Below, piece after piece: positions 50,809 through 60,811 of a stretch of DNA of 64,000 nt. Numbering within the stretch: position 1 is the first letter of the stretch; every line of letters starts with the position of its first letter. The position numbers and the translations under genes were made by a program. Below the pieces are notes generated by a model. That model searched no databases. It saw nothing but the letters and a program-made list of their open reading frames with translations, and was not told where the DNA came from. Source of the stretch: Candidatus Yanofskybacteria bacterium (GTDB lineage: Bacteria > Patescibacteriota > Minisyncoccia > 2-02-FULL-40-12 > GWA2-44-9). The stretch is from positions 37-64,036 of the forward strand of contig CAIKUK010000015.1 in NCBI GenBank assembly GCA_903830625.1, given 5' to 3'.

Positions 50809-52712
50809 TTAAAAAAATCTTTTCTATTGTTTTAGTGGTTGGTATTATATCGAATTGTTTTACTTTTTTATTGATACCGAACCCAGTCCGAGCTAGTGTT
50901 ACATCCAGTACTGCAAAATTCTCTGGTTGCGCAACCGGGAACATTGCCGGAACATATCTCTCAAATCAACTCGCGAATGCAGTCGCGAAATTAAAGAAAA
51001 AGATTACTAGTGTTGCCGGCAAGTTATCCAAAGTACCGGTTGACGACTCAACCACCCAAAGCAATATTGACACCACAAACATTCAATATATCACCAAAGA
51101 ATACGTCACTGATGTCATTGCTCGATGCGCAGCCCGAGTAATCCTAAACGCAATCGTCGGAAATACTTATAACATCATGCGTACGAACGGCCGGGACGGA
51201 GGAGTCACTTTTGTGCGAAATTGGGCTAATCTTCAAACGGCGGCTCAGTATCGCGGCGAAAATATTTTTCGAGCCGAATTAAGCACCGCTAAACTTTGCG
51301 GCTATCTCGCAAATGATATAAAAAAGGCCTTCGGAGTAGACCCCAAAAAACAAACGCCACTAGGTAGTAAACAGAACACCAGAACTGATTCTTTGCAAAC
51401 TTTTGGTTTGGCAGTGAACTGTACCATGCCTGCCGATTTTACCACTCAAAAATATCAACAAGATTTCGCCGGTAATGGTGGATGGGATACTTGGGCCCTA
51501 ATGATGGAGCCCCAGAACAATCCTTACGGAGTAGCTCTTCTTTCAAAAGATGAGATCCAAAAACAAAGAACGCTGCAACAAAGCGCAGATACCAATCAGG
51601 CCCTTGCGGGCAGGGGATATATTGGCACGAGTGGCAAAGGAACAACGGGAAGCTGCGCGGTTAAAAGTCCTAATAGCGCAAGTTGTATTGTCTATAATGA
51701 TATTAAAACCACCGGTAGCTATATCGCTGACAGTATGGCCGCCAGTATAAACGCCGAGTTAAGCTGGATTACTAGCGCTCAAGGTCTTGGCTCAATCATT
51801 GCGAATGCCACCGAAGTGCTTCTTAATCGTCTCCTAGATCAAGGTAACCCTGATGAAGGAAGCTATCGAGAACCCGGAGATCCTGGTATTGACTTTAGTG
51901 TTCCCAGTTCCGAAATTCCGCCATCAGAAGAATTGTGCGTAACAGATCCCCAGAAATCTACTTTAACTGATATTATCACACAGGCTCTAATAGTCCGTGA
52001 TTTAAACATAGGAGATTTTGAAGACACGTTTGGTGTAGATCGTGGAAAATTCAAGAGAGATGCAACCGCCGCTATTCTTAATAAAACATATACCGACTTG
52101 TATGACTTTGAAAAAACCATTACCGATCCGACCCAGAATGAAATTAAAAATCTCATCCAGTCGTGGGAAACAATTATTAGAGGAGCAGCCGAATCAATTA
52201 AAGGGATGCAGTGGAACACTCAAGTTGAAAAAACTGATATTGACCGTCAACTTACTGAAATCAAGAAATCTATTTCCACAATTAAGACCCAGGCTGACAG
52301 CCTCATCATATGTGGTTCGACTATCCCGCCTGATGGAGGTGGTGAACCGGCTGTTCCACCCCCCGCTGATGCCGGTAAGCATGGCGACCATACGGTTGAG
52401 GTGGCCGCGGCAAGAGATGAGCTAATCGCAGAAGGTAAACAATTCCCTGATCCTAGTGCATCTGATGAATGTTATCGTTTTGAGATTGTTAAAAGAGCGG
52501 TTCCAAAGATAGGTGACGGGGCAGGTTATCTTGGTGGCAAAAAACCGGGCCAAAATAATTGCGGTGGTTTTGCTGTTGATATCATCGCTTTCCCTGATGG
52601 ATATATTTACGATGTATTGATAGGAGATAAGAGTATGCCCGGGTGGAATCCTACTGGATGCGGAACTGTTGCAACCAATGGCACGTGCCCGGATCTTTAT
52701 CGGGCGCCTTAA
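50805..52712 (+). CDS. Large secreted protein of unknown function (635 aa)
   Basis: Signal peptide followed by a Ser/Thr/Gly-rich mature region. No recognisable catalytic motif. Confidence 0.5.
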   Translation: MIKKIFSIVLVVGIISNCFTFLLIPNPVRASVTSSTAKFSGCATGNIAGTYLSNQLANAVAKLKKKITSVAGKLSKVPVDDSTTQSNIDTTNIQYITKEYVTDVIARCAARVILNAIVGNTYNIMRTNGRDGGVTFVRNWANLQTAAQYRGENIFRAELSTAKLCGYLANDIKKAFGVDPKKQTPLGSKQNTRTDSLQTFGLAVNCTMPADFTTQKYQQDFAGNGGWDTWALMMEPQNNPYGVALLSKDEIQKQRTLQQSADTNQALAGRGYIGTSGKGTTGSCAVKSPNSASCIVYNDIKTTGSYIADSMAASINAELSWITSAQGLGSIIANATEVLLNRLLDQGNPDEGSYREPGDPGIDFSVPSSEIPPSEELCVTDPQKSTLTDIITQALIVRDLNIGDFEDTFGVDRGKFKRDATAAILNKTYTDLYDFEKTITDPTQNEIKNLIQSWETIIRGAAESIKGMQWNTQVEKTDIDRQLTEIKKSISTIKTQADSLIICGSTIPPDGGGEPAVPPPADAGKHGDHTVEVAAARDELIAEGKQFPDPSASDECYRFEIVKRAVPKIGDGAGYLGGKKPGQNNCGGFAVDIIAFPDGYIYDVLIGDKSMPGWNPTGCGTVATNGTCPDLYRAP

Positions 52713-52721
52713 ACTGAATGC

Positions 52722-54779
52722 ATGCAACTTAAACAAAGACATAAAATCATCAGCATAGTCACTCTTCTGACGTTTTTGTCTTTCTTTTTACCGACTCAAT
52801 TTGTCCATGCCGGGTGGTTCTCTCTCGTATCATCAAGTCTCTCGGATGTCATTATGTACATTTTCGCGGAGGTGTTTTTTGTAATTGGTCAACTGACAGC
52901 CATTGCCGCCAAGGCTTTGAACATGGCGGTATTTGTCCGGCCGGGGAGCAATCTTCTTGTCGTTGAGACGACTTGGAAAATCTTGCGTGATTTTTCGAAC
53001 ATGATTTTTATTGTTCTTCTAATCTATATGGCCTTTGCAACCATATTTGACCAGGGAAAATATACCTTCAAAGATATGATTGTTCGGTTTGTGATTGTCG
53101 CCGTTCTTATCAATTTCAGCTTGGTCATTGGTAATATTATTATCGATGCAGGCCAAGTTTTGACTAATATTTTCTTAGGCAGTATCGGCAATCTCGGCGA
53201 CCGGCTCGGAACATATTTAAATCCGAGCCTTCTTTTGCCGGGCGTAACAAATACGAGCAGTGCTACCTTGGCCCAATTAACAGACCTGGGGGGCGGGGGA
53301 TTTATTTCGCTTATCTTTGCGATTATTCTTTCTTTGATATTTCTTTTTAGCTTATTGGTCGCACTGGTCTTTGCGATTATCCGCACCCCGATTATATGGG
53401 CCTTGCTTATTGTTTCACCTTTAGCCTGGATGAGTCACATTCTCCCTAGTTCCAATGTTTGGTGGAAAAAGTGGTGGGGTCAATTCTGGGGCTGGAACCT
53501 GTTTCTGCCGGTTTATTTATTCTTTATGTATTTAGGTTTGGTATTTCTAAGCCAGCGCGATGTGATTATAAACGCGGTTATCCAAGCCCAAACAGCAAGT
53601 GGAACTAACCCGGCCAATGCTCCTCTCCTTGAAGGCTTAGGGAATTCACTTTCTTTTAATCTTGTCTTTTTCTATCTTTTTGCCGCTTTCGTGATGGTTG
53701 GCGGCACCTGGGCCGCCAACAAAACCACCAGTCTTATGGGTACCGGTTTTGACAAAGGCCTCGGCTGGGCCAAATGGGCGGTTAAACGTGCACCATTACC
53801 ATATATAGGAAACCTGCAAGCTGCAGAAGATGCGAGTAAGGCTCGGCGTGATCAATTTAAAAAAGAAGGTTTCAAGAATCCTTGGCTTAATAAGGTATAC
53901 GGTGGTGCTGATGCCCAATCCCGAAAATTAGCAAGAACTTCGGATAGATTTGGGGTTAGCGAAAGAAATGCAGTTGAGAAACAAGAGGCAGCGGAAATCG
54001 GAACACAGAAAGCCAAGATGAGAAACGTTAACACTAACGAGTTGAGATCAAGAATGAATTCAGGTTCAAAAACTCAGCAACTAGCAGTCAGAGAATTACT
54101 TAAAGAGCGAAACCAATTGAGTGGAGATGAAATTATTTCAACTTATCATATGTATGGTGGAGACCGCAACGAGAACGGTAGAAAGTTTATTGGCAGTGTT
54201 GATTACGGTAAATTGTCCAGCATGGAACGAGAGGCGATATTTGGAGAGAGTACAGATCCTCAAGTTCAGCAAAAAATTGCAATCGTTATGGCAGAAAAGG
54301 GGAACATGGGTGCCAATCCAGCTGACTGGCTCGAACGAATGGCAACAAACCTTTACGCTCAAAGCTCTGAAAGAATAGAATTTATCCAAAAAGCAGAAAA
54401 AGAAGACTTCATGTCAACCATAGAAGCCAAATCAAGATTGGCAAGAGCTGGTAAAATTGAAATTAAAGATGGAGGAGGAGCGATTATCACTACTGCCCCC
54501 CAGATACTTGAGGCTAGGGTAAATAAAATGAAAGCCGATGTTTTGGCTGAAGTAGATAAAAAAACATGGAATCCTGCTCTCAATCCCAACTTCCTAGCGG
54601 CAGTGCAGACGAAAGTCAACGCTTTGCAAGCATCGCAGGCCCCACAACCGGGAGGTATCGGTCCGGGTGGTGTTCCAATACCTCCAAAACCGGGCGGAGG
54701 TGAAGTTTTCAAGAATAATATATTAAAAGAGATTACTGATCCTACAAAACTTGGATTTGTAAATCAAATAGTAATCTGA
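52722..54779 (+). CDS. VirB6/TrbL-like polytopic membrane protein with a long hydrophilic C-terminal tail
   Basis: 685 aa. At least 6 TM segments in the first ~330 aa (W-rich LLIVSPLAWMSHIL, WWKKWWGQFWGWNLF), followed by a charged ~350-aa tail. Confidence 0.4.
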   Translation: MQLKQRHKIISIVTLLTFLSFFLPTQFVHAGWFSLVSSSLSDVIMYIFAEVFFVIGQLTAIAAKALNMAVFVRPGSNLLVVETTWKILRDFSNMIFIVLLIYMAFATIFDQGKYTFKDMIVRFVIVAVLINFSLVIGNIIIDAGQVLTNIFLGSIGNLGDRLGTYLNPSLLLPGVTNTSSATLAQLTDLGGGGFISLIFAIILSLIFLFSLLVALVFAIIRTPIIWALLIVSPLAWMSHILPSSNVWWKKWWGQFWGWNLFLPVYLFFMYLGLVFLSQRDVIINAVIQAQTASGTNPANAPLLEGLGNSLSFNLVFFYLFAAFVMVGGTWAANKTTSLMGTGFDKGLGWAKWAVKRAPLPYIGNLQAAEDASKARRDQFKKEGFKNPWLNKVYGGADAQSRKLARTSDRFGVSERNAVEKQEAAEIGTQKAKMRNVNTNELRSRMNSGSKTQQLAVRELLKERNQLSGDEIISTYHMYGGDRNENGRKFIGSVDYGKLSSMEREAIFGESTDPQVQQKIAIVMAEKGNMGANPADWLERMATNLYAQSSERIEFIQKAEKEDFMSTIEAKSRLARAGKIEIKDGGGAIITTAPQILEARVNKMKADVLAEVDKKTWNPALNPNFLAAVQTKVNALQASQAPQPGGIGPGGVPIPPKPGGGEVFKNNILKEITDPTKLGFVNQIVI

Positions 54780-55273
54780 TGAAAATTATCACGCCATATA
54801 ATATTGATTTGGATATCCTTTCGGCAGATGAGACTCTTTGGTCTTCTTTCGCAAAAAAATTCGTCATCTTACCTAAAGACGTGAAAGACATCCTCCTTTT
54901 AGACAATACCACGGCTTTCCTTCTAGATATCTCCCATCAGTTAACTTTGAACGAGGAGCAAACAAAAGAATTAACCAGAATAATCAGAGACGTCCTTCTG
55001 GGAGACATATTTATCAATGACATGTCCGCGACCATTTCCCAAAAACTAAACGCTGACCAACAAACAGCCCAACAAATTCGAGACAAGATTGTAAAAGAAT
55101 TGTTCGCCTCCGCTATCGAAGATATCAAAAAAATACAACAAGACAAGTTCCCGGACCGAGTTGGGCAGGGAAGTGTAAGTACAATGCCTCAACCGCCAGC
55201 TCCGCCACAAATGAAGAATGTGCCGCCAGTTAATCAGAGCAATGTTATCGATCTAAGAAACCAACCACAATAA
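54779..55273 (+). CDS. Hypothetical protein in the secretion block
   Basis: 164 aa, soluble, with a PQPPAPPQ tail. Confidence 0.4.
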   Translation: MKIITPYNIDLDILSADETLWSSFAKKFVILPKDVKDILLLDNTTAFLLDISHQLTLNEEQTKELTRIIRDVLLGDIFINDMSATISQKLNADQQTAQQIRDKIVKELFASAIEDIKKIQQDKFPDRVGQGSVSTMPQPPAPPQMKNVPPVNQSNVIDLRNQPQ

Positions 55274-55279
55274 ATAATC

Positions 55280-55603
55280 ATGAGATTCCAACTGCCACAA
55301 TTTATTGAGACGGAGATAAAGATTGTTGGGCCATTTACACTCAAGCAATTCTTGTGGGTAGTGGCGGGGGCGGTGTTTATCTTTTTGGATTTCAGTTTGT
55401 TGACCGGGATTGTCGCCATTATCATCGCTGTGCCAATTGTGGGCCTTGCCGGAGCGTTTGCGTTTCTAAGAATTGACGATATGCCGTTGATTAATTATTT
55501 CGCCAACATGCTTTCCTACTCATTCGGCTCAAAAAAATATCTTTACAGAGACGAAGGCCCTACTAATTACAAATCGGGACCGAATATACAAATGAAGAAC
55601 TGA
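55280..55603 (+). CDS. PrgI/VirB3-like small two-TM protein
   Basis: 107 aa with two hydrophobic helices after an N-terminal ~25 aa. Position and size match Gram-positive T4SS PrgI. Confidence 0.35.
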   Translation: MRFQLPQFIETEIKIVGPFTLKQFLWVVAGAVFIFLDFSLLTGIVAIIIAVPIVGLAGAFAFLRIDDMPLINYFANMLSYSFGSKKYLYRDEGPTNYKSGPNIQMKN

Positions 55604-55652
55604 CTGATTTTATTCGTATATTAGTAAGGATTAGTAATTGGTAGTGTATAAT
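55559..55652 (+). repeat. Direct repeat copy A (~90 bp), containing the AAGGATTAGTAATTGGTAGT motif and a TATAAT
   Basis: ~85% identical to 56318-56405. Spans the last 15 codons of the PrgI-like gene plus the leader of the next gene. Confidence 0.7.
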
Positions 55653-55662
55653 CTATAGAAGT

Positions 55663-56310
55663 ATGGCTAATCAATCCACCAAAGAACTCGTCGCCGTCGC
55701 CGATATCAAAGACAGTATTATCTTGCTGAAGAACGGCTCCTTGCGAGCCATGATTGAAGTTTCGGCGGTTAACTTTGAATTGCGTTCTGAAGAAGAACAA
55801 ACAGGCATTTTGCAGAACTTCCAGCGCTTTTTGAATTCGGTGGATTTTCCGCTGCAGATGATTGTCAATTCGCGCCAGCTGAACATGGACGAGTATCTCA
55901 AAACTGTTGATGCGGTCGCCGAATCGGCCACTAATGAGCTTCTTAAAATCCAGGCCATTGAATACAGCAAGTTCGTCAAAGAATTGCTGGAGCTTTCCAA
56001 TATCATGACCAAGCATTTCTATGTTGTTCTGCCGTTCTATGTCTATGAAACACCGACCAGTACCGGACTTCTGGAAACGGCCAAAAGTATTTTCAAAAAA
56101 TCCCAGACCGTCGTCCAAATCAAACCCGAACAGCTTGAAACTTATCGCACCCAGCTCATGCAACGGGCAGAATTAATCCTGGACGGACTGATCGGCATTG
56201 GTCTTAAGGCCCACCTGATGGAAGGCCAGGAAATTAATAATTTGTATTACAGTTTATATAATCCGGGCGAAAAAATGACCACCGCGGCACCTGACAAACT
56301 ACCAACTTAA
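55663..56310 (+). CDS. VirB4/TrbE-family N-terminal domain (stand-alone ORF)
   Basis: SIILLKNGSLRAMIEVSAVNFELRSEEEQ matches the conserved N-terminal block of VirB4/CagE/TrbE ATPases. 215 aa. Confidence 0.5.
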   Translation: MANQSTKELVAVADIKDSIILLKNGSLRAMIEVSAVNFELRSEEEQTGILQNFQRFLNSVDFPLQMIVNSRQLNMDEYLKTVDAVAESATNELLKIQAIEYSKFVKELLELSNIMTKHFYVVLPFYVYETPTSTGLLETAKSIFKKSQTVVQIKPEQLETYRTQLMQRAELILDGLIGIGLKAHLMEGQEINNLYYSLYNPGEKMTTAAPDKLPT

Positions 56311-56317
56311 TAAGTTT

Positions 56318-56405
56318 CCTACCAATTACAAATCCCGCGCGAATATACGAATGGGGAACTAACCGATTTTATTTGTATATTAGTAAAGATTAGTAATTAG
56401 TAGTC
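56318..56405 (+). repeat. Direct repeat copy B (~90 bp), lying between the two VirB4-derived ORFs
   Basis: Carries stop codons at its 5' end and supplies the ATG for the downstream ATPase ORF. Confidence 0.7.
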
Positions 56406-56410
56406 CAATT

Positions 56411-58162
56411 ATGCCTGACGTAACCCCACAACCCCAGACCCTACCCGAAATGCTTGCCCCGGCGGCGATGTCGGTCTCTTCGAATTATATCCAAATCGGG
56501 CCTAAATTCGCCCGGACAATTTTTCTGGCCACTTATCCGAGGTATTTAAACACGAATTGGCTTTCGCCGATTATCAATCTTGACCGCGCTTTTGATGCCG
56601 CCATATTTGTTCATCCCAAGAGTACGTCTGAAATTTTAAAACAATTGCGCGACCAGCTGGCTCGTTTGCAAGCCCAAGCGATGGAAGAAGCTTCCAAGGG
56701 CAAGGTCCGCGATCCGATTCTGGAAACAGCCATGGCCGATATTGAAGTTCTGCGCGACCAGCTTCAACAGGGAACCGATAAATTCTTTGAGCTCGGCGTT
56801 TATATCACGATTTACGAGAACAGCGTCAAAGAATTAAACGACACCGAAGGCAAGATCAAAGGCCTTTTGGAGTATCAGCTTATCTTTGCCAAGCCGGCGA
56901 CTTTCCGCATGATGGAGGGTTTTAATTCCACCCTGCCAACAGACGACGATCAACTCAATGTCCACACCTCGCTCAATACCGAACCTTTATCTTCGCTCTT
57001 CCCGTTTATTTCTTTCGACCTCACTTCCAATTCGGGTATTCTCTACGGCATCAACACTCACAATAACTCTCTGGTGTTGTTTGACCGATTTAAACTAGAA
57101 AATTACAACTCGGTCGTGTTCGGCAAATCCGGCGGCGGCAAAAGCTACACTATCAAGCTTGAGATTCTGCGCAGTCTTGTTTTTGGCACTCAAGTTTTGA
57201 TTATCGACCCGGAAGATGAATATAAATATCTGGCCGATACGGTTGGCGGATCGGCGGTTAAGATTTCCATTAATTCCGACCAACATGTTAACCCGTTTGA
57301 TTTACCGGCCCCCAAAGAAGGGGAACTCGGCGCCGATGTCTTCCGTTCGCATATTCTTGATCTTTCGGGTCTGATGAAATTGATTTTGGGCGAGCTTACC
57401 CCAGAAGAATCGGCTATTCTGGACGAAGCCCTCATTCAAACTTACGCCATTAAGGATATATCGCCCGAATCAGACTTCACTAAGCTGCCTCCGCCTGTTC
57501 TGGGCGACCTCCAGAGTATCCTGGAAGGCCTGACCGGCGCCGAATCAATGGCGACACGCCTTAAGAAGTATACTTCCGGCACGTTTGCGGGATTCTTGAA
57601 CCAGCCGACTAACGTTCCACTAGATAATCAAATGATTGTTTTCGGCATCCGCGACATGGAAGAAGAATTGCGCCCGATTGCCATGTACCTGATTTTGAAT
57701 TTCATCTGGGTCAAAGTCCGGCGCGATATTAAACAGCGCATTATTCTGGTGGACGAAGCCTGGGTGCTGATGAAGTACGAAGTCGGCGCCAACTTCTTGT
57801 CTAATATCGCCAAGCGCTGTCGTAAATATTTTACCGGCCTAACTACTATTTCCCAAGATATTCCTGATTTCCTGGCCAGTCCGCAAGGCAAAACCATTCT
57901 CACTAATTCCTCAATTCAAATTTTGATGAAGCAGTCGCCAGCGGCGATTGATATCGTTCAGCAGACTTTCAACCTCACCGATGCCGAAAAATTCTACATC
58001 CTGGAAGCCCGCGTCGGCTTTGGTCTGTTCTTCCTGGGCCAAAATCACATCGGCATCCGCATCGTTGCTTCCTACGCCGAAGACCAAATCATTACTTCCG
58101 ACCCGCGCCAAATCCTGGAAATTGAAAAAGCCAAAGAAGAATGGGCTAACATGCAAAAATAG
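56411..58162 (+). CDS. VirB4-like conjugal-transfer-type ATPase (C-terminal ATPase portion)
   Basis: Walker A VVFGKSGGGKSYT, Walker B RIILVDEAWVLM. 583 aa. Together with the upstream 215-aa ORF it totals ~800 aa, the usual VirB4 length. Confidence 0.65.
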   Translation: MPDVTPQPQTLPEMLAPAAMSVSSNYIQIGPKFARTIFLATYPRYLNTNWLSPIINLDRAFDAAIFVHPKSTSEILKQLRDQLARLQAQAMEEASKGKVRDPILETAMADIEVLRDQLQQGTDKFFELGVYITIYENSVKELNDTEGKIKGLLEYQLIFAKPATFRMMEGFNSTLPTDDDQLNVHTSLNTEPLSSLFPFISFDLTSNSGILYGINTHNNSLVLFDRFKLENYNSVVFGKSGGGKSYTIKLEILRSLVFGTQVLIIDPEDEYKYLADTVGGSAVKISINSDQHVNPFDLPAPKEGELGADVFRSHILDLSGLMKLILGELTPEESAILDEALIQTYAIKDISPESDFTKLPPPVLGDLQSILEGLTGAESMATRLKKYTSGTFAGFLNQPTNVPLDNQMIVFGIRDMEEELRPIAMYLILNFIWVKVRRDIKQRIILVDEAWVLMKYEVGANFLSNIAKRCRKYFTGLTTISQDIPDFLASPQGKTILTNSSIQILMKQSPAAIDIVQQTFNLTDAEKFYILEARVGFGLFFLGQNHIGIRIVASYAEDQIITSDPRQILEIEKAKEEWANMQK

Positions 58163-58164
58163 CC

Positions 58165-58695
58165 ATGGCCATGGAAGAAGATGGAATAAAGCACAACGAG
58201 GAAGTGCTTCGAAGTAAGAACAGGGTACCAACCGTTAATGAGCACAACGAGGAAGTGCTTAAACTTAAACTTGACCAAGAACGAACCGAGTATAATCAGC
58301 GGCTGGCTACAGAGCAGGAGGAACGAGAGCCATACTCAACAAAACCAGCAGAAAAGATGGGCTTGTTATTTTTTATTTTTGCCATGTTCTTTTGTGTTAT
58401 CGGCGATTTAATAGATTTTTTTACGGGTGGCACTATCGGTTGGCTGATTGGTTTGTTTATTGACGGTATTCTGGCCCTTATGTTTGGCTTGTCCAAAGCG
58501 GGCCGAAAACAATTTAAACGGATGGCAGTCGGTTTAATCGGCGAAAGTTTTCCGATTATTGCGACCTTGCCACTAAGAACTATTTTTTTAATCTGGTCTT
58601 TTGTCAGTTCACATAGTAAGATGGCCAGGAAAGCTGGGGATAAACTTGAACGTCAAACTAGTAAGGCGGAGCCAATCCTTAGTGTCACTGGATAA
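58165..58695 (+). CDS. Hypothetical membrane protein
   Basis: 176 aa with a charged N-terminus and three TM segments. The N-terminus contains a duplicated 19-nt segment. Confidence 0.4.
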   Translation: MAMEEDGIKHNEEVLRSKNRVPTVNEHNEEVLKLKLDQERTEYNQRLATEQEEREPYSTKPAEKMGLLFFIFAMFFCVIGDLIDFFTGGTIGWLIGLFIDGILALMFGLSKAGRKQFKRMAVGLIGESFPIIATLPLRTIFLIWSFVSSHSKMARKAGDKLERQTSKAEPILSVTG

Positions 58696-58700
58696 ATCAT

Positions 58701-59786
58701 ATGGAAGGTAGCCAAAAACAACTTCTTATCCTGATAGTAATCACGGCTTCGCTGACCTCTTTTTTGGCGGGCTATCTTTTAACCCAGCCGGCTGGACAAA
58801 GCGCCGATGTTATTCAGCAACAGCGGGGTGCTTTAATTGACCGCTTTAGCGATATTCCCGGCAATACCACCCCCACACCATTGCCTCCAGGACTGCTTCA
58901 GGCCACTGCCGAATCTTCTCTTTCAGCCACCAACTCTCCTGACAGCAACGCCGTCTTGTATTACCACCCGATCAATGGTTTTGTGTCTAAACTTGACCTT
59001 GAAACTCGTAAAAATACTATCATTTCCACCACTCAATTAAACAGCTTGACCAATGTCATCTGGTCGCCAAACAAAAACCGCGTGATTACGGTCTCCAGAA
59101 GTTCGGCTGGGCCAACATATAAATATTTTGATTATACTACCCGAGAAAATGGCTTGTTGGGCGCCAATATTAAAGATGCTGTTTTTTCTCCCGATAGCCA
59201 AAGTATAGCTTTGGTCCGTTCGGCTGGAGGCGATAGTAATATAGAGATTACCGATTTTAAAGGCAAGAACTCACAGACAATTCTAAAAACTCGACTCACT
59301 GGTATTCGTCTTTTCTGGCCAAGTAATAATATTCTGTCGTTTATCGCCAATGACGCCAATATGGGCACTCAGAGCCTTTATATTGTCACAGAAAACGGCG
59401 ACCTCAGTCAGCTTCTGGGAGGGGAGTATGGTCTGACTGTACACTGGTCTCCTGATGGATCGAAGTTATTATACTCAGTCCGAGAAAATGAGAAGGTAGT
59501 ATTGCAACTTTTTGATGTTGCTTCCAAACAATCCCAAATCTTGCCGGTACAGACCAGCGCCACAACCTGCGCTTGGCCTTTGAACCAACACTCAATAATC
59601 TGCGCCGCCGAAACCGAAGGTGAAACTTCAATCACTCAAATAAACTTGACCGACAATTCAACAAAAATATTATTTTCTAATCTGATTATCTCACCCAAGG
59701 ACGTTTTCATGTCTCACTTGGAAGACTTCGTTGTCATCACCAGCGCCGGCGACCAAAGCATCTGGGAATTGAAGCTAGCCCAATAA
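58701..59786 (+). CDS. Membrane-anchored beta-propeller-like (TolB/PD40-like) protein
   Basis: 361 aa with an N-terminal TM and repeated ...SPD(G/S)...L...motifs suggestive of PD40/WD40-like blades. Confidence 0.4.
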   Translation: MEGSQKQLLILIVITASLTSFLAGYLLTQPAGQSADVIQQQRGALIDRFSDIPGNTTPTPLPPGLLQATAESSLSATNSPDSNAVLYYHPINGFVSKLDLETRKNTIISTTQLNSLTNVIWSPNKNRVITVSRSSAGPTYKYFDYTTRENGLLGANIKDAVFSPDSQSIALVRSAGGDSNIEITDFKGKNSQTILKTRLTGIRLFWPSNNILSFIANDANMGTQSLYIVTENGDLSQLLGGEYGLTVHWSPDGSKLLYSVRENEKVVLQLFDVASKQSQILPVQTSATTCAWPLNQHSIICAAETEGETSITQINLTDNSTKILFSNLIISPKDVFMSHLEDFVVITSAGDQSIWELKLAQ

Positions 59787-59787
59787 T

Positions 59788-59817
59788 TAAAAACACCCTC
59801 TATGGAGGGTGTTTTTA
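59788..59817. terminator. Bidirectional rho-independent terminator
   Basis: AAAAACACCCTC-tatg-GAGGGTGTTTTT. Confidence 0.7.
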
Positions 59818-59839
59818 ATTTATAGTTCCATAAGAGTTA

Positions 59840-60211
59840 TCAGGGCCCAACCAAAATAGCCCAGTATAAGAAAGAAGAAAATGTAACTACTGGGATAAAA
59901 TATACGAAAAATATTCCCACTCTATTTTGATTTTGCTGCCATAGGGGAGCTAGAGAGATTAAAGAAAGAACAACCCAAAGAAAAGTCGAAATTCCTCCCA
60001 AAAATCCAAATATCATAAATCCCCAGGGAATAAATAAATTGTAGGCAAAAAAGATGAGGCAAAAAACTATTGAAAAGATTAACCACCTTGAAACTTTTGA
60101 ACCAAAGAGTTTGTCGCGTCTAAATAAAAAAATAGACCATAAGCTTAAAATTACAGGAAAACCAAAAAGGATTATTATTACCAGCCATGAAATTATCTGA
60201 TCAATTGTCAT
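59840..60211 (-). CDS. Hypothetical membrane protein
   Basis: 123 aa with four hydrophobic helices. Downstream of jag. Confidence 0.4.
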   Translation of the reverse strand: MTIDQIISWLVIIILFGFPVILSLWSIFLFRRDKLFGSKVSRWLIFSIVFCLIFFAYNLFIPWGFMIFGFLGGISTFLWVVLSLISLAPLWQQNQNRVGIFFVYFIPVVTFSSFLYWAILVGP

Positions 60212-60220
60212 TTAACAAAA

Positions 60221-60697
60221 TTAAGACCGGTAAGGCTTCACCACGATGCGGCGCTGTGGTTCTTGGCCGATACTCTCGGTAGTAACATCGGAGATGGCGG
60301 CCAGCTCCATGTGAACAATACGGCGTTCGTAGGGGGACATGGGGACAAGGGCTTCAGCTCGTTGAGTATTACGGACGCGCTGGACTGCTTCTTTGGCCAA
60401 CGTGGCGACATAGGTCGCTCGGGATTTTTTATAATCATTCACATCCACAAACAAAGTCAGTCCCTCGGTTTGTTTCAAGAACAGGCTGCGCATGACATGT
60501 TCCAGAGCCTGAAGATTTTGGCCGTTTTTACCAATCAAGAATTTGGCATCTTCGGGCGCGGAAATCGAAGCAAAGACAATCTCTTTGTCGCCGACTTTTT
60601 CTTCCCGAACAACTACTTCACACGCCACATTCATGGGTGTAATGATCCGTTTGATAGTTTCGGTGATATTATTCTTTTGTTCAGGGGTAAGGCTCAT
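60221..60697 (-). CDS. jag: Jag/KhpB-type KH and R3H domain RNA-binding protein
   Basis: 158 aa with KH (LIGKNGQNLQALEHV) and R3H (YERRIVHMEL) signatures. Canonical position after yidC. Confidence 0.75.
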   Translation of the reverse strand: MSLTPEQKNNITETIKRIITPMNVACEVVVREEKVGDKEIVFASISAPEDAKFLIGKNGQNLQALEHVMRSLFLKQTEGLTLFVDVNDYKKSRATYVATLAKEAVQRVRNTQRAEALVPMSPYERRIVHMELAAISDVTTESIGQEPQRRIVVKPYRS

Positions 60698-60811
60698 CCC
60701 GTTAGAAGTAATTTAAACAGCCGATACGGTTTAACAAAGGGCTGATTTGTTTTACTTTGATTATCATATTAATTTATTAGCGGACCCATTGTGGGTTACT
60801 TCTAACGGGAC

